The notes below the pieces were generated by a model that was not told where the DNA came from, searched no databases, and saw nothing but the letters and a program-made list of their open reading frames with translations. A DNA stretch of 64,000 nucleotides, from the NCBI GenBank assembly GCA_964016885.1, contig OZ024757.1, positions 43,090,001 to 43,154,000 on the forward strand, given 5' to 3'. This document shows positions 1 to 11,885 of the stretch, one piece after another; positions within the stretch are counted from its first letter, which is position 1, and each line of letters starts with the position of its first letter. The stretch is from Eledone cirrhosa. Lineage: Eukaryota. Position numbers and translations under genes: made by a program.

Positions 1-187
1 GACCTTGATGCATGCGCAGTACAGTCAGGCGGCCTTGGCGCATGCGCATTACGGACCGGCGGCCTTGGCGCATGCGCAGTACGGTCCGGCGGCCTTAGCG
101 CATGCGCAGTTCGGTACTGCGACCTTGACGCATGCGCAGTACAGTCAGGTGGCCTTGGCGCATGCGCAGTACGGTCCGGCGGCCTTG

Positions 188-243
188 AAAATGGTTAAAC
201 TGCATCATAAATTACTAAAATAACTCAAAATGGCTAAATATGG
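188..243 (+). repeat. AT-rich spacer, short (56-bp) form, at F->R flip
   Basis: AAAATGGTTAAACTGCATCATAAATTACTAAAATAACTCAAAATGGCTAAATATGG lies between ggccttg (F) and actgtactgcgc (R). Confidence 0.95.
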
Positions 244-1049
244 ACTGTACTGCGCATGCGCCAAGGCCACCAGGACGTAGTGCGCATGCGCCAAGGCCAT
301 CGGACCGTAGTGCGCATGCGCCAAGTCTGCCAGACCGTAGTGCGCATGCGCCAAAGCCACCGGACCGTACTGCGCATGTGCCAAGGCCACCGGAACGTAG
401 TGCGCATGCGGCAAGGTCGCCGGACCGTAGTGCGCATGCGCCAAGACCGCCGGACCGTAGTGCGCGTGCGCCAAGGCCGCCAGACCGTAGTGCGCATGCG
501 CCAAGGTCGCCGGGCCGTACTGCGCATGCGCCAAGGCCGCCGGGCTGTAGTGCGCATGCCCCAATGCTGCTAGACCGTAGTGCGCATGCACCAAAGCCAC
601 CGGACCGTAGTGCGCATGCGCCAAGGCTGCCGGACCGTAGTGCGCATGCACCAAGGCCGCCGGACCGTTGTGCGCATGCGCAAAGAACGATGGCCATCTT
701 AGTGAGCATGCGCCAAGGCCGCCGGAACGTACTGCGCATGCGCTAAGGCCGCCCGACCTTACTGCGCATGCGCCAAGGCCACTGGACAGTACTGCGCATG
801 CGTCAAGGCCACCAGAACGTAGTGCGCATGCGCCAAGGCCGCCGTACCGTTGTGCGCATGCGCAAAGACAGCTGGCCCTTAGTGCGCATGCGCCATGGCC
901 GCCGGACCGTAGTGCGCATGCGCCAAGGCTGCCAGACCGTAGTGCGCATGCGCCAAAGCCGCCGGACCGTACTGCGCATGTGCCAAGGCCACCGGAACGT
1001 AGTGCGCATGCGGGAAGGTCGCCGGACCGTAGTGCGCATGCTCCAAGGC

Positions 1050-1080
1050 CGCCGAACCGCATGCGCACAAAGGTCCGGCG
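1050..1080. other. Recurrent R->F inversion junction J1 (gccgaacc|gcatgcgcacaaaggtcc); representative of 20 copies
   Basis: The same junction or its reverse complement occurs near 1058, 3296, 5316, 8928, 10523, 13395, 15377, 20497, 22479, 27269, 30770, 34075, 36157, 37980, 40122, 42603, 45391, 47563, 50196 and 54921. Confidence 0.9.
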
Positions 1081-4000
1081 GCCTTGGCGCATGCGCAGTA
1101 CGGTTCGGCGGCCTTGGCGCATGCGCACTACGGTCTGGCGGCCTTGGCACATGCGCACTACGGTCCGACGGCCTTGGGGCATGCGCAGTAAGATCCGGCG
1201 GTCTTGGAGCATGCGCACTACGGTCTGGCAGCCTTGGCGCATGCGCACTACGGTCCGGCGGCCTTGGCGCATGCGCACTACGTTCCGGCGGCCTTGGCGC
1301 ATGCGCACTACGTTCCGGTGGCCTTTGCGCATGCGCAGTACGGTCCAGCGGCCTTGGCGCATGCGCACAACGGTACGGCGGCCTTGGCGCATGCGCACTA
1401 CGTTCCGGTGGCCTTGACGCATGCGCAGTACTGTCCAGTGGCCTTGGGGCATGCGCACTACAGTCCAGTGGCCTTGGCGCATGCGCAGTAAGGTCCGGCG
1501 GCCATGGCGCATGCGCACTAAGGGCCAGCTGTCTTTGCGCATGCGCACAACGGTACGGCGGCCTTGGCGCATGCGCACTACGTTCTGGTGGCCTTGACGC
1601 ATGCGCAGTACTGTCCAGTGGCCTTGGCGCATGCGCAGTAAGGTCGGGCGGCCTTAGCGCATGCGCAGTACGGTCTGGCGGCCTTGGCACATGCGCACTA
1701 CGGTCCGACGGCCTTGGGGCATGCGCAGTACGATCCGGCGGTCTTGGTGCATGCGCAGTACCGTCCGGTGGCCTTGGCGCATGCGCACTACGGTGCAGCT
1801 GCTTTGGGGCATGCGCAGTACGGTTCGGCGGCCTTAGCGCATGCGCACTACGGTCCGGCGGGCTTGGCACATGCGCAGTATGGTCCGGCGACCTTGACGC
1901 AGGCGCACTACGGTTCGGCGGCTCTGGCGCATGCGCACTGCGGTCCGGCGGTCTTGGCGCATACGCAGTACGGTCCGGCGGCCTTAGCGCATGCGCAGTT
2001 CGGTACTGGGACCTTGACGCATGCGCAGTACAGTCAGGCGGCCTTGGCGCATGCGCACTACGGTCCGGCGGCCTTGGCGCATGCGCAGTATGGTCCGACG
2101 GCCTTGGCGCATGTGCACTATGTATCGGCGGCCTTGGCGCATGCGCACTACGGTTCGGCGGCTTTGGCGCATGCGCACTACGATCCGGCGGCCTTGGCGC
2201 ATGCGCACTACGGTCCGGCAGCCTTGGCGCATGCGCACTACGGTCATGTGGCCTTGGCGCATGCGCACTGCGGCCTTGTCGCATGCGCACTACGGTCCGG
2301 TGGCTTTGGCGCATGCGCACTACGGTCCGGCGTCCTTGGCGCATGTGCAGTACGGTCCGGTGGCCTTGGCGCATGCGCACTACGGTCCAGCTGCTTTGGC
2401 GCATGCGCAGTACGGTTCAGCGGCCTTAGCGCATGCGCACTACGGTCCGGCGGGCTTGGCGCATGCGCAGTATGGTCCGGCGACCTTGACGCATGCGCAC
2501 TACGGTTCGGCGGCTCTGGCGCATGCGCACTGCGGTCCGGCGGCCTTGGCGCATGCGCACTACGTTCCGGTGGCCTTGGCGCATGCGCAGTACGCTCCAG
2601 TGGCCTTGGCGCATGCGCAGTAAGGTCCGGCGGCTTTGGCGCATGCGCACTATGGTCTGTCAGTCTTGGCGCATGCGCACTACGGTCCGGCTGCCTTCGT
2701 GGATGCGCACTACGTTCCGGCGGCCTTGCCGCATGCGCACTACGGTCCGGTGGCTTTGGCGCATGCGCACTACGGTCTGGCAGACTTGGCGCATGCGCAC
2801 TACGGTCCGATGGCCTTGGCGCATGCGCACTACGTCCTGGTGGCCTTGGCGCATGCGCAGTACAGTCCAGTGGCCTTGGCGCATGCGCAGTGAGGTCCGG
2901 CGGCCTTAGCGCATGCGCAGTAAGGTCCGGCGGCCATGGCGTATGCGCACTAAGGGTCAGCGGTCTTTGCGCATGCGCACAACGGTCCGGCGGCCTTGGC
3001 GCATGCACACTACGGCCCGGCGGCCTTGGCGCCTGCGCACTACGGTCCGGCGGCTTTGGTGCATGCGCACTACGGTCTGGCAGCATTGGCGCATGCGCAC
3101 TACGGTCTGGCAGACTTGGCGCATGCGCACTACGGTGCGATGGCCTTGGCGCGTGCGCACTACGTTCTGGTGGCCTTGGCGCATGCACAGTACGGTCCAG
3201 TGGAACGTAGTGCGCATGCGCCAAGGCCGCCGGAACGTAGTGCGCATGCGGGAAGGTCGCCGGACAGTAGTGCGCATGCGCCAAGGCCACCGAACCGCAT
3301 GCGCACAAAGATCCGGCGGCCTTGGCGCATGCGCAGTACGGTTCGGCGGCCTTGGCACATGCGCACTACGGTCTGGCGGCCTTGGCACATGCGCACTACC
3401 ATCCGACGGCCTTGGGGCATGCGCAGTAAGATCCGGCGGCCTTGGAGCATGCGCACTACGGTCTGGCAGCCTTGGCGCATGCGCACTACGGTCCGGCGGC
3501 CTTGGCGCATGCGCACTACGTTCCGGTGGCCTTGGCGCATGCGCAGTACGCTCCAGTGGCCTTGGCGCATGCGCAGTAAGGTCCGGCGGCTTTGGCGCAT
3601 GCGCACTATGGTCTGTCAGTCTTGGCGCATGCGCACTACGGTCCGGCGGCCTTGGCGCATGCGCACTACGTTCCGGCGGCCTTGGCGCATGCGCACTACG
3701 TTCCGGTGGCCTTTGCGCATGCGCAGTACGGTCCAGCGGCCTTGGCGCATGCGCACATCGGTACGGCGGCCTTGGCGCATGCGCACTACGTTCCGGTGGC
3801 CTTGACGCATGCGCAGTACTGTCCAGTGGCCTTGGGGCATGCGCACTACAGTCCAGTGGCCTTGGCGCATGCGCAGTAAGGTCCGGCGGCCATGGCGCAT
3901 GCGCACTAAGGGCCAGCCGTCTTTGCGCATGCGCACAACGGTACGGCGGCCTTGGCGCATGCGCACTACGTTCTGGTGGCCTTGACGCATGCGCAGTACT

Positions 4001-4512
4001 GTCCAGTGGCCTTGGCGCATGCGCAGTAAGGTCCAGCGGCCTTAGCGCATGCGCAGTACGTTCCGGCGGCCTTGGCGCATGCGCACTAAGGGCCATCGTT
4101 CTTTGCGCATGCGCACAACGGTCCGGCGGCCTTGGTGCATGCGCACTACGGTCCGGCAGCCTTGGCGCATGCGCACTACGGTCCGGTGGCTTTGGTGCAT
4201 GCGCACTACGGTCTAGCAGCATTGGGGCATGCGCACTACAGCCCGGCGGCCTTGGCGCATGCGCAGTACGGCCCGGCGACCTTGGCACATGCGCACTACG
4301 GTCTGGCGGTCTTGGCGCATGCATACTACGGTCCGGCGACCTTGCCGCATGCGCACTACTTTCCGGTGGCCATGGCACATGCGCAGTACGGTCCGGTGGC
4401 TTTGGCGCATGCGCACTACGGTCTGGCAGACTTGGCGCATGCGCACTACGGTCCGATGGCCTTGGCGCATGCGCACTACGTCCTGGTGGCCTTGGCGCAT
4501 GCGCAGTACAGT

Positions 4513-4568
4513 CCATATTTAGCCATTTTGAGTTATTTTAGTAATTCATGATGCAGTTTAACCATTTT
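4513..4568 (-). repeat. AT-rich spacer, short (56-bp) form, reverse orientation
   Basis: Reverse complement of 188-243 with one substitution (aattcatg); F upstream, R downstream. Confidence 0.95.
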
Positions 4569-5760
4569 CAAGGCCGCCGGACCGTACTGCGCATGCGCCA
4601 AGGCCGCCTGACTGTACTGCGCATGCGTCAAGGTCGCAGTACCGAACTGCGCATGCGTTAAGGCCGCCGGACCGTACTGAGCATGTGCCAAGGCCGCCGG
4701 ACCGTAGTGCGCATGCGCCAAAGCCGCCGAACCGTACTGCGCATGCGCCAAGGCCGCCGGACCGTAGTGCGCATGCGCCAAGACCGACTGACTGTACTGC
4801 GCATGCGTCAAGGTCCCAGTACCGAACTGCGCATGCGCTAAGGCCGCCGGACCGTACTGCACATGCGCCAAGGCCGCCGGACCGCAGTGCGCATGCGCAA
4901 GAGCCGCCGAACCGTAGTGCGCATGCGTCAAGGTCGCCGAACCATACTGCGCATGCGCCAAGCCCGCCGGACCGTAGTGCGCATGCGCTAAGGCCGCCGA
5001 ACCGTACTGCGCATGCGCCAAAGCAGCTGGACCGTAGTGCGCATGCGCCAAGGCCACGGGACGGTACTGCGCATGCTCCAAGACCGATGGATCGTACTGC
5101 GCATGCCCCAAGGCCGTCGGACAGTAGTGCGCATGTGCCAATGCCGCCAGACCGTAGTGCGCATGCTCCAAGACCGCCGGATCTTACTGCGCATGCCCCA
5201 AGGCCGTCGGACCGTAGTGCGCATGTGCCAAGGCCGCCAGACCGTAGTGCGCATGCGCCAAGGCCGCCGAACCGTACTGCGCATGCGCCAAGGCCACCGG
5301 ACCTTTGTGCGCATGCGGTTCGGCGGCCTTGGCGCATGCGCACTACGGTCCGGCGACCTTCCCGCATGCGCACTACGTTCCGGTGGCCTTGGCACATGCG
5401 CCGTACGGTCCGGCGGCCTTAGCGCATGCGCAGTTCGGTACTGCGACCTTGACGAATGCGCAGTACAGTCAGGTGGCCTTGGCGCATGCGCAGTACGGTC
5501 CGGAGGCCTTAGCGCATGCGCAGTTCGGTACTGCGACCTTGACGCATGCGCAGTAAGTCAGGCGGCCTTGGTGCATGCGCACAACTGTCCGGCGCCCTTG
5601 GCGCATGCGCAGTATGGTCCGACGGCCTTGGCGCATGTGCACTATGTATCGGCGGCCTTGGCGCATGCGCACTACGGTTAGGCGGCTTTGGCGCATGCGC
5701 ACTACGATCAGGCCGTATCGACGCGTGCGCAGTACGGTCTGGCGGTCTTGGCGCATGGGC

Positions 5761-6028
5761 ACGTCATCAAAAAGGACTAACATGGCCGAAATGTCATCAT
5801 GTATGTCTGAAATTACAACAAAGTGGCTAAGACGGCATAATAAATGACTAAAGTGACAATAAAATGCTAAAACCGTATCATAATTGACTAGAATGACTCT
5901 AACACGACTGAAACGTCTAAAATGACTATAAATGGCTCTAAAATGGTTAAACTGCATCATAAATTACTAAAATAACTCAAAATGGCTAAATATGGCAACA
6001 CAAAGGCTTAAAATGGCTAAAAAGTCAT
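5761..6028 (+). repeat. AT-rich spacer, full-length (268-bp) form, at F->R flip
   Basis: acgtcatcaaaaaggactaa...aaaatggctaaaaagtcat; contains the 56-bp core at 5940-5995. Confidence 0.95.
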
Positions 6029-8679
6029 CCGGACCGTACTGCACATGCGTCAAGAACGTCGGACCGTAGTGCGCATGCGCCAAGGCCTCCGAACCGTAGT
6101 GCGCATGCGCCAACGCCGCCGGACCGTAGTGCGCATGCGCCAAGGCCGCCGGACCGTAGTGCGCATGCGCCAAGGCCGCCAGACCATAGTGCGCATGCGC
6201 CAAGGCCGCCGGGCCGTACTGCGCATGCGCCAAGGCCGCCGGACCGTAGTGCGCATGCGCCAATGCTGCCAGACCGTAGTGCGCATGCACCAAAGCTGCC
6301 GGACCGTAGTGCGCATGCGCCAAGGCCGCCGGACCGTTGTGCGCATGCGCCAAGGCCACTGGACCGTACTGTGCATGCGCCAAGGCCACCAGAACGTAGT
6401 GCGCACGCGCCAAGGCCATCGGACCGTAGTGCGCATGCGCCAAGTCTGCCAGACCGTAGTGCGCATGCGCCAATGCTGCCACACCGTAGTGCGCATGCAC
6501 CAAAGCCGCCGGACCGTAGTGCGCAGGCTCCAAGGCCGCCGAGCCGTAGTGTACATGCGCCAAGGCCGCCGGACCGTTGTGCGCATGCGCAAAGACCGCT
6601 GACCCTTAGTGCGCATGCGCCATGGCCGCCGGACCTTACTGCGCATGCACTAAGGCCGCCGGACCTCACTGCGCATGCGCCAAGGCCACTGGACTGTACT
6701 GCGCATGCGCCAAGGCCACCAGGACGTAGTGCGCATGCGCCAAGGCCATCGGACCGTAGTGCGCATGCGCCAAGTCTGCCAGACCGTAGTGCGCATGCGC
6801 CAAAGCCACCGGACCGTACTGCGCATGTGCCAAGGCCACCGGAAAGTAGTGCGCATGCGGCAAGGTCGCCGGACCGTAGTGCGCATGCGCCAAGACCGCC
6901 GGACCGTAGTGCGCGTGCGCCAAGGCCGCCAGACCGTAGTGCGCATGCGCCAAGGTCGCCGGGCCGTACTGCGCATGCGCCAAGGCCGCCGGGCTGTAGT
7001 GCGCATGCTCCAATGCTGCTAGACCGTAGTGCGCATGCACCAAAGCCGCCGGACCGTAGTGCGCATGCGCCAAGGCCGCCGGACCGTAGTGCGCATGCAC
7101 CAAGGCCGCCGGACCGTTGTGCGCATGCGCAAAGAACGATGGCCCTTAGAGCGCATGCGCCAAGGCCGCCGGAACGTACTGCGCATGCGCTAAGGCCGCC
7201 GGACCTTACTGCGCATGCGTCAAGGCCACCGGAACGTAGTGCGCATGCGCCAAGGCCGCCGTACCATTGTGCGCATGCGCAAAGACCACTGGCCCTTAGT
7301 GCGCATGCGCCATGGCCGCCGGACCTTACTGCGCATGCGCCAAGGCCGCCGGACCGTAGTGCGCATGCGCCAATGCTGCCAGACCGTAGTGCGCATGCAC
7401 CAAAGCTGCCGGACCGTAGTGCGCATGCGCCAAGGCCGCCGGACCGTTGTGCGCATGCGCCAAGGCCACTGGACCGTAGTGCGCACGCGCCAAGGCCATC
7501 GGACCGTAGTGCGCATGCGCCAAGTCTGCCAGACCGTAGTGCGCATGCGCTAAAGCCACCGGACCGTACTGCGCATGTGCCAAGGCCACCGGAACGTAGT
7601 GCGCATGCGGCAAGGTCGCCGGACCGTAGTGCGCATGCGCCAAGACCGCCGGACCGTAGTGCGCATGCGCCAAGTCTGCCAGACCGTAGTGCGCATGCGC
7701 CAAAGCCACCGGACCGTAGTGCGCATGCGGCAAGGCCGCCGGAACGTAGTGCGCATCCACGAAGGCAGCCGGACCGTAGTGCGCATGCGCCAAGACTGAC
7801 AGACCATAGTGCGCATGCGCCAAAGCCGCCGGACCTTACTGCGCATGCGCCAAGGCCACTGGAGCGTACTGCGCATGCGCCAAGGCCACCGGAGCGTAGT
7901 GCGCACGCGCCAAGGCCGCCGGACCGCAGTGCGCATGCGCCAGAGCCGCCGAACCGTAGTGCGCATGCGTCAAGGTCGCCGGACCATACTGCGCATGCGC
8001 CAAGCCCGCCGGACCGTAGTGCGCATGCGCTAAGGCCGCTGAACCGTACTGCGCATGCGCCAAAGCAGCTGGACCGTAGTGCGCATGCACCAAGGCCACC
8101 GGACCGTACTGCACATGCGCCAAGGACGCCGGACCGTAGTGCGCATGCGCCAAAGCCACCGGACCGTAGTGCGCATGCGACAAGGCCGCAGTACCGTAGT
8201 GCGCATGCGCCAAGGCCACATGACCGTAGTGCGCATGCGCCAAGGCTGCCGGACCGTAGTGCGCATGCGCCAAGGCCGCCGGACCGTAGTGCGCATGCGC
8301 CAAAGCCGCCGAACCGTAGTGCGCATGCGCCAAGGCCGCCGATACATAGTGCACATGCGCCAAGGCCGTCGGACCATACTGCGCATGCGCCAAGGCCGCC
8401 GGACCGTAGTGCGCATGCGCCAAGGCCGCCTGACTGTACTGCGCATGCGTCAAGGTCCCAGTACCGAACTGCGCATGCGCTAAGGCCGCCGGACCGTACT
8501 GCGCATGCGCCAAGGCCGCCGGACCGCAGTGCGCATGCGCCAGAGCTGCCGAACCGTAGTGCGCCTGCGTCAAGGTCGCCGGACCATACTGCGCATGTGC
8601 CAAGCCCGCCGGACTGTAGTGCGCATGCGCTAAGGCCGCCGAACCGTACTGCGCATGCGCCAAAGCAGCTGCACCGTAG

Positions 8680-11600
8680 TGCGCATGCGCCAAGGCCACC
8701 GGACGGTACTGCGCATGCACCAAGACCGCCGGATCGTACTGCGCATGCCCCAAGGCCGTCGGACCGTAGTGCGCACGTGCCAAAGCCGCCAGACCGTAGT
8801 GCGCATGCTCCAAGGCCGCCGGATCTTACTGCGCATGCCCCAAGGCCGTCGGACAGTAGTGCTCATGCGCCAAGGCCGCCGAACCGTACTGCGCATGCGC
8901 CAAGGCCGCCGGATCTTTGTGCGCATGCGGTTCGGTGGCCTTGGCGCATGCGCACTACTGTCCGGCGACCTTCCCGCATGCGCACTACGTTCCGGCGGCC
9001 TTGGCGCATGCGCACTACGTTCCGGCAGCCTTGGCGCATGCGCACTACGGTCATGTGGCCTTGGCGCATGCGCAGTACTGTCCAGTGGCCTTGGCGCATG
9101 CGCAGTAAGGTCCGGCAGCCTTAGCGCATGCGCACTACGGTCCAGTGGCCTTATCGCATGCGCAGTAAGGTCCGGCGGCCATGGCGCATGCGCACTAAGG
9201 GCCAGCGGTCTTTGCGCATGCGCACAACGGTCCGGCGGCCTTGGCGCCTGCGCACTACGGTCCGGCGGCTTTGGTGCATGCGCACTACGTTCCGGTGGCC
9301 TTGGCGCATGCGCAGTACTGTCCAGTGGCCTTGGCGCATGCGCAGTAAGGTCCGGCAGCCTTAGCGCATGCGCACTACGGTCCAGTGGCCTTATCGCATG
9401 CGCAGTAAGGTCCGGCGGCCATGGCGCATGCGCACTAAGGGCCAGCGGTCTTTGCGCATGCGCACAACGGTCCGGCGGCCTTGGCGCCTGCGCACTACGG
9501 TCCGGCGGCTTTGGTGCATGCGCACTACGTTCCGGTGGCCTTGGCGCATGCGCAGTACTGTCCAGTGGCCTTGGCGCATGCGCAGTAAGGTCCGGCAGCC
9601 TTAGCGCATGCGCAGTACGTTCCGGCGGCCATGGCGCATGCGCACTAAGGGCCAGCGGTCTTTGCGCATGCGCACAATGGTACGGCGTCCTTGGCGCATG
9701 CGCACTACGTTCCGGTGGCCTTGACGCATGCGCAGTACTGTCCAGTGGCCTTGGCGCATGCGCAGTAAGGTCCGGCGGCCTTAGCGCATGCGCAGTACGT
9801 TCCGGCGGCCTTGGCGCATGCGCACTAAGGGCCATCGTTCTTTGCGCACCGTACTGCGCATGCGCCAAGGCCGCCGGAACGTAGTGCGCATGCGCCAAGG
9901 TCGCCTGACTGTACTGCGCATGCATCAAAGTCCCAGTACCGTACTGCGCATGCACCAAGACCGCCGGACCGTAGTGCGCATGCGCCAGAGCCGCCGAACC
10001 GTAGTGCGCATGCGCCAAGGCCGCCAGACCATACTGCGCATGCGCCAAGGCCGCCGGGCCGTAGTGAGCATGCGCCAAAGACGCGGGCCCGTAGTGCGCA
10101 TGCGCCAAGGCCACCTGACTGTACTGCGCATGCGTCAAGGTCGCAGTACTGAACTGCGCATGCGCTAAGGCCGCCGGATCGTAATGCGCATGCGCCAAGG
10201 CCGCCTGACTGTACTGCGCATGCGTCAAGGTCGCAGTACCGAACTGCGCATGCGTTAAGGCCGCCGGACCGTACTGCGCATGCGCCAAGGCCACCGGACG
10301 GTACTGCGCATGCACCAAGACCGCCGGATCGTACTGCGCATGCCCCAAGGCCGTCGGACCGTAGTGCGCACGTGCCAAAGCCGCCAGACCGTAGTGCGCA
10401 TGCTCCAAGTCCGCCGGATCTTACTGCGCATGCCCCAAGGCCGTCGGACAGTAGTGCTCATGCGCCAAGGCCGCCGAACCGTACTGCGCATGCGCCAAGG
10501 CCGCCGGATCTTTGTGCGCATGCGGTTCGGTGGCCTTGGCGCATGCGCACTACTGTCCGGCGACCTTCCCGCATGCGCACTACGTTCCGGCGGCCTTGGC
10601 GCATGCGCACTACGTTCCGGCAGCCTTGGCGCATGCGCACTACGGTCATGTGGCCTTGGCGCATGCGCAGTACTGTCCAGTGGCCTTGGCGCATGCGCAG
10701 TAAGGTCCGGCAGCCTTAGCGCATGCGCACTACGGTCCAGTGGCCTTATCGCATGCGCAGTAAGGTCCGGCGGCCATGGCGCATGCGCACTAAGGGCCAG
10801 CGGTCTTTGCGCATGCGCACAACGGTCCGGCGGCCTTGGCGCCTGCGCACTACGGTCCGGCGGCTTTGGTGCATGCGCACTACGTTCCGGTGGCCTTGGC
10901 GCATGCGCAGTACTGTCCAGTGGCCTTGGCGCATGCGCAGTAAGGTCCGGCAGCCTTAGCGCATGCGCACTACGGTCCAGTGGCCTTATCGCATGCGCAG
11001 TAAGGTCCGGCGGCCATGGCGCATGCGCACTAAGGGCCAGCGGTCTTTGCGCATGCGCACAACGGTCCGGCGGCCTTGGCGCCTGCGCACTACGGTCCGG
11101 CGGCTTTGGTGCATGCGCACTACGTTCCGGTGGCCTTGGCGCATGCGCAGTACTGTCCAGTGGCCTTGGCGCATGCGCAGTAAGGTCCGGCAGCCTTAGC
11201 GCATGCGCAGTACGTTCCGGCGGCCATGGCGCATGCGCACTAAGGGCCAGCGGTCTTTGCGCATGCGCACAATGGTACGGCGTCCTTGGCGCATGCGCAC
11301 TACGTTCCGGTGGCCTTGACGCATGCGCAGTACTGTCCAGTGGCCTTGGCGCATGCGCAGTAAGGTCCGGCGGCCTTAGCGCATGCGCAGTACGTTCCGG
11401 CGGCCTTGGCGCATGCGCACTAAGGGCCATCGTTCTTTGCGCACCGTACTGCGCATGCGCCAAGGCCGCCGGAACGTAGTGCGCATGCGCCAAGGTCGCC
11501 TGACTGTACTGCGCATGCATCAAAGTCCCAGTACCGTACTGCGCATGCACCAAGACCGCCGGACCGTAGTGCGCATGCGCCAGAGCCGCCGAACCGTAGT

Positions 11601-11885
11601 GCGCATGCGCCAAGGCCGCCGGACCATACTGCGCATGCGCCAAGGCCGCCGGGCCGTAGTGAGCATGCGCCAAAGACGCGGGCCCGTAGTGCGCATGCGC
11701 CAAGGCCACCTGACTGTACTGCGCATGCGTCAAGGTCGCAGTACTGAACTGCGCATGCGCTAAGGCCGCCGGATCGTAATGCGCATGCGCCAAGGCCGCC
11801 TGACTGTACTGCGCATGCGTCAAGGTCGCAGTACCGAACTGCGCATGCGTTAAGGCCGCCGGACCGTACTGCGCATGCGCCAAGG
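8680..11885 (+). repeat. Tandem duplication, unit 1595 bp, each unit containing two inversion junctions
   Basis: ORF pairs offset by exactly 1595 (8863/10458, 8917/10512, 9128/10723, 9788/11383); private variants gtgctcatgc, ttatcgcatg and gtaatgcgc are repeated. Confidence 0.9.
9830..9860. other. Recurrent spacer-less F->R junction J2 (catcgttctttgcgca|ccgtactgcgc); 5 copies
   Basis: Seen near 9848 and 11443, and as reverse complement near 32722, 41294 and 51981. Confidence 0.88.

Noticed and set aside
5761-6028. Spacer as an autonomous transposon, MITE, tRNA/snRNA or promoter (TATAAA at ~5927)
   Set aside because: It has no terminal inverted repeats of its own, no coding capacity and no recognisable RNA fold. 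A TATA-like word is expected by chance in AT-rich DNA.
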